Shown here piece after piece: positions 60,715 to 64,000 of a DNA stretch of 64,000 bases (its first letter is position 1; every line of letters starts with the position of its first letter). The notes under the pieces were generated by a model, which was not told the DNA's origin, did no database searches, and saw only the letters and a program-made list of their open reading frames with translations. Made by a program: the position numbers and the translations under genes. The stretch is from Candidatus Bathyarchaeota archaeon (GTDB lineage: Archaea > Thermoproteota > Bathyarchaeia > TCS64). Location: assembly GCA_963769425.1 (NCBI GenBank), contig CAVYLP010000006.1, positions 288,001-352,000 of the forward strand, given 5' to 3'.

Positions 60715-61974
60715 ATGAGACTGAGGGACGTCATCAAGGGGAATGTCCTCGTCCTCACGGTGAGTAGCGTTCTCTGGAGTGTCTCGGATACAATCACCTA
60801 CGCCTATCTGAGCCTCTACATTCTCTCCCTGGGCGGGGACTACATCACCATCGGGGTCGTCAATTCCGTGGCGGCCATCTCCGCCATCGTCCTCTATCCA
60901 GTCGGCGGCTACATCGCGGATAAAGCTGGGAGGGCGAAACTCATCGGGCTGTCGACCCTCCTCTACACGTCGAGCTACGCCCTCTTCGCCATCGCGACCA
61001 CTTGGCAGATCGTGGCATTCGCGATGGTCTACCAGCAGGTCGTCCTCTTCTACATGCCGGCAATAAACGCGCTGATGGCGGACTCGATACCCGTGGGCTC
61101 CAGGGGTAGGATGTACGCGCTCACCGTCGGGTTCCCCGAGGCGGTCAGGGTCGTCACCCCCTACCTCGGCGGCTACCTGATCGCCGTCCTCACACTCCAG
61201 CCGGCGATGCGCGTCGGCTACACCATCGGTTTCGCCCTCGGCTGGGTGGTCACCTTCATCAGGCTCCGCTACCTAAAAGAGACGCTCAACACGAATGAGC
61301 CGATCGGGAGGGACCTCCCGAAGATATTCAAGGAGTCGTACAAGGGGGCCTTCTCCTCCATCCGCTGGATGTTCAAGAACATAAAGGGATTCGTCGCCGT
61401 CGCGATAATCATCGCCTTCACCGGCAACTTCGTGATGCCGTTCTGGATTGTCTACGCGCAGCAGGTTAAAGGACTGACGCCGTACGAGTGGGGCATCATC
61501 CTCCTCCTCTCGGGCGTCACTAGGGCGATAAGCAGCCTCCTCATCGGCGGCCTCATCGACAGGATCGGGGCAAAGAGGTGCATGCTCATCGGCTTCGCTC
61601 TCACGATCCCGAGCCTCATACTCTTCGTCAACGCCAACGGCTTCCTCCAGATGACCCCCGTCTACCTAGTGCTCGTCCTCGGTAGCACCTTCTCGTGGAT
61701 TGCCTCCTCGGTGCTCCTAGCTGACATAATCCCGAAGCCACTCAGGGGCAGGATCATGTCGGGGATAGGGCAGGGGCTCGGCCTCGGCGTCTCTGGGGGC
61801 GGCTACGCGAGCGGCTTCCTCCTCTTCATCCCCCTGAGCCTAGGCGCCCTCGTCGCGGGGTACATCTTCGCCTACAACGCCGCGTTGCCCTGGATACTCC
61901 TCTCAGGGTTCCTCGCCGTCGCGATGGTGATAACGATCCTCTTCGTGAGGGAGCCGCCGAAGGCCGAAGACTAG
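60715..61974 (+). CDS. MFS transporter
   Basis: GGYIADKAGR and GGLIDRIG motif A copies; about 12 TM segments. Confidence 0.9.
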   Translation: MRLRDVIKGNVLVLTVSSVLWSVSDTITYAYLSLYILSLGGDYITIGVVNSVAAISAIVLYPVGGYIADKAGRAKLIGLSTLLYTSSYALFAIATTWQIVAFAMVYQQVVLFYMPAINALMADSIPVGSRGRMYALTVGFPEAVRVVTPYLGGYLIAVLTLQPAMRVGYTIGFALGWVVTFIRLRYLKETLNTNEPIGRDLPKIFKESYKGAFSSIRWMFKNIKGFVAVAIIIAFTGNFVMPFWIVYAQQVKGLTPYEWGIILLLSGVTRAISSLLIGGLIDRIGAKRCMLIGFALTIPSLILFVNANGFLQMTPVYLVLVLGSTFSWIASSVLLADIIPKPLRGRIMSGIGQGLGLGVSGGGYASGFLLFIPLSLGALVAGYIFAYNAALPWILLSGFLAVAMVITILFVREPPKAED

Positions 61975-62025
61975 CCTAGGTAAGGTAATTATCCGCCCCT
62001 TCCGCGCGAAGACTCGGGGACTTGC

Positions 62026-63030
62026 TTGAGGGCGGCTGTACTGCACGGTATCGGGGACATGAGGGTCGAGGACGTTGATGACCCCGAGGTCGAGGGCGGG
62101 GACGTCCTAATAGGGGTGAGGGCGGCGAGCGTCTGCGGGACGGACGTCCATTTCTACGGGGGTCAGCTTGAGTCCGAGCCGCCGATGATACTCGGCCATG
62201 ACTTCTCGGGGGTCGTCGAGCGGGTGGGGGACAGGGTTGATGAGTTCTCCCCGGGGGAGAGTGTGATTGCCGAGATAGCGAGGTACGATGGCACCTGCCA
62301 TTTCTGCAAAACAGGCAGGTACCACCTCTGCGTCAACTCCAACTATTTGGGGTTCGGCGCCGACGGTGCCTTCGCGGAATACGTCTCTGCCCCAGCCAAG
62401 AATGTGTTCATGATCCCCAAGGGGGTCACACTCGACGAGGCAGCGATTATGGAGCCCGTGACGGTGGCACTCCACACGGCGGAGTTGCTGGAGTTGGAGA
62501 AAGGTGAGTCCGTCGCCGTCTTCGGGGCAGGCCCCATCGGGCTCGCCGTCGCTCAGGTTGCGAATCTGAGGGGCGCGAGGGTAATAGTAGTTGAGCCAAA
62601 GCCGCAGAGGCGGGATCTCGCAGTTACGCTCGGGTTCAGCACAGTAATGGACCCCAGCAAGGGAGACCTCAAGACTGCCATGGAGAAACTGACGGAGGGG
62701 CTGGGCCCAGAGTGCGCCGTGGAGGCCGTAGGGAGTCAGGAGACGGTCGACCTCGCGGGGGAGGTAATCAGGAGCGGTGGCAGGGTTGCCCTCATCGGTG
62801 CGGAGCAGGGACTCCACGGCCCACCTATCAGGTACGACGACGTGACCATCCGCACGGTTATGGATGGTGGATCGGGAAACTACCCCAAGGCGCTGGCACT
62901 CATCGCCGAGGGAAAAGTCGATGTGAAAAGCATGATAACCCACCGAATCGGGCTCGACGAGCTCCCCGAGATGATGGAGAAGCTCTCACGGGGGAGCCTA
63001 GATGCGGTGAAGGTAATCGTAAGGCCCTGA
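62026..63030 (+). CDS. Zinc-dependent alcohol/polyol dehydrogenase (MDR family)
   Basis: CGTD.H, GHD (GHE variant), D..C..C.......C structural Zn site and GAGPIG motifs. Confidence 0.9.
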   Translation: MRAAVLHGIGDMRVEDVDDPEVEGGDVLIGVRAASVCGTDVHFYGGQLESEPPMILGHDFSGVVERVGDRVDEFSPGESVIAEIARYDGTCHFCKTGRYHLCVNSNYLGFGADGAFAEYVSAPAKNVFMIPKGVTLDEAAIMEPVTVALHTAELLELEKGESVAVFGAGPIGLAVAQVANLRGARVIVVEPKPQRRDLAVTLGFSTVMDPSKGDLKTAMEKLTEGLGPECAVEAVGSQETVDLAGEVIRSGGRVALIGAEQGLHGPPIRYDDVTIRTVMDGGSGNYPKALALIAEGKVDVKSMITHRIGLDELPEMMEKLSRGSLDAVKVIVRP

Positions 63031-63115
63031 CAACGCATGAGCTCACCACCTCTTGGGCGGTCGGGATGCTTTTTAAGGCTGGCAACTCGAATCTAACAGA
63101 ACACAGGGATCAGCC

Positions 63116-64000
63116 TTGGACTTCGACATCGAACGGTACACCCCAATGCCAGTCGCCTACGAGCTCCGCTACATTATGCTGAAGAAGCTCAAGGAGGGCG
63201 AGGACCCACTACCAGACATCGAGGGCAGAGAGGGGACGAAGGCGGATGTCATCCGGGCCGTCCTGAGCAATAGCTACCCTTACCTCGTCAGTAGGGAGGG
63301 CACGGGGAAGACGCGCCTAGCGGAGAGCCTCGCCAAGCTACTCCCACCGGTCCCCAAGATCAAGGGCTGTCCCTACAACTGCGACCCCAAGTGGCCCGAG
63401 GAGTGGAAGTGCCCCAGCTGCCAGGGCGAAGAGGAGCCGGAGATCGAGATCATCTCGGGCATCCAGCGCTATAGTAGAATTCAGGGTAACGAGTACACGA
63501 ACGAGGCTAAGATACTCGGTGTGAAGGACATACAGGCCATTGTGCAGGGGGAGAGTCCCACCGATCCACGCGCCTTCATCGGCACGGGCGTACTTCGTGG
63601 CAACCGCGGCGTCGTCTGCGTCGACGAGCTACCCGCCATACCCACAAAGGTGCAGGTCTTATTCCACCCGATGCTCCAAGAGGGCAAGATCGTACTCGAG
63701 GAGTACAACTGGGTCCGCCCAATCGACATCTTCTTCGTCGCCACCGGCAACCCAACCGGCTTCAGCCACGTCAACAGGGTCCCCGAGCCGCTGCTCGACC
63801 GCTTAGAGCTCATCCCCATGGCCCTCCCTGAAGAGGACGTGGAGAGGGAGATAATGCTCAAGGAGGGCTTCAAGGTCCGCGATGAGTTCTTCCTCGACAA
63901 GACGAGGAGAATAACTGAGGAACCCATCTACGCGAAGCCGGAGGACCTGCGCCGACGCGCCTCCGCCCCGTGGTGGATCGTGGACGCCGTCGAGAAAACC
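63116..64000 (+). CDS. Mg-chelatase ChlI/MoxR-like AAA+ ATPase; 3' end runs off the window
   Basis: Manual translation from TTG 63116 gives SREGTGKTRLA, GCPYNCDP, NRGVVCVDE, ATGNP and LLDR motifs. Confidence 0.85.
   Translation, partial: MDFDIERYTPMPVAYELRYIMLKKLKEGEDPLPDIEGREGTKADVIRAVLSNSYPYLVSREGTGKTRLAESLAKLLPPVPKIKGCPYNCDPKWPEEWKCPSCQGEEEPEIEIISGIQRYSRIQGNEYTNEAKILGVKDIQAIVQGESPTDPRAFIGTGVLRGNRGVVCVDELPAIPTKVQVLFHPMLQEGKIVLEEYNWVRPIDIFFVATGNPTGFSHVNRVPEPLLDRLELIPMALPEEDVEREIMLKEGFKVRDEFFLDKTRRITEEPIYAKPEDLRRRASAPWWIVDAVEKT

Overview
This is a GC-rich archaeal chromosomal segment, most likely Bathyarchaeia. That assignment is inferred from the unsplit RpoA and RpoB and the TACK-type gene order. 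Housekeeping content: aIF5B, cdc48-hsp20, priL-priS-GINS-rpl44e-rps27e-aIF2alpha-nop10, rpoB-rpoA-rpl30e-nusA, lsm-rpl37e, and five tRNAs (Val-CAC, intron-containing Leu-TAA, Asn-GTT, Thr-CGT, Thr-TGT). Accessory content: a branched-chain amino acid-type ABC transporter, DhaKL next to an F420 LLM oxidoreductase, a B12-radical SAM/glycosyltransferase cluster, a membrane pyrophosphatase, methionine gamma-lyase with two OsmC proteins, and MFS transporters. At least 13 single-base frameshifts, several in essential genes, look like consensus artefacts. I saw no CRISPR array, integrase or transposase. The most unusual signals are: (1) two non-coding, helically phased (about 21-22 bp period) repeat arrays at about 25.9-26.2 kb and 35.5-36.0 kb that bracket the RNA polymerase block; (2) a long structured leader upstream of rpoB, where rpoH would normally sit; (3) the putative lipid or glycan modification cluster; (4) a C2H2 zinc-finger protein with a histone H1-like tail; (5) small ORFs missing from the ORF track. 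All functional ideas for these are inference, as no searches could be run.
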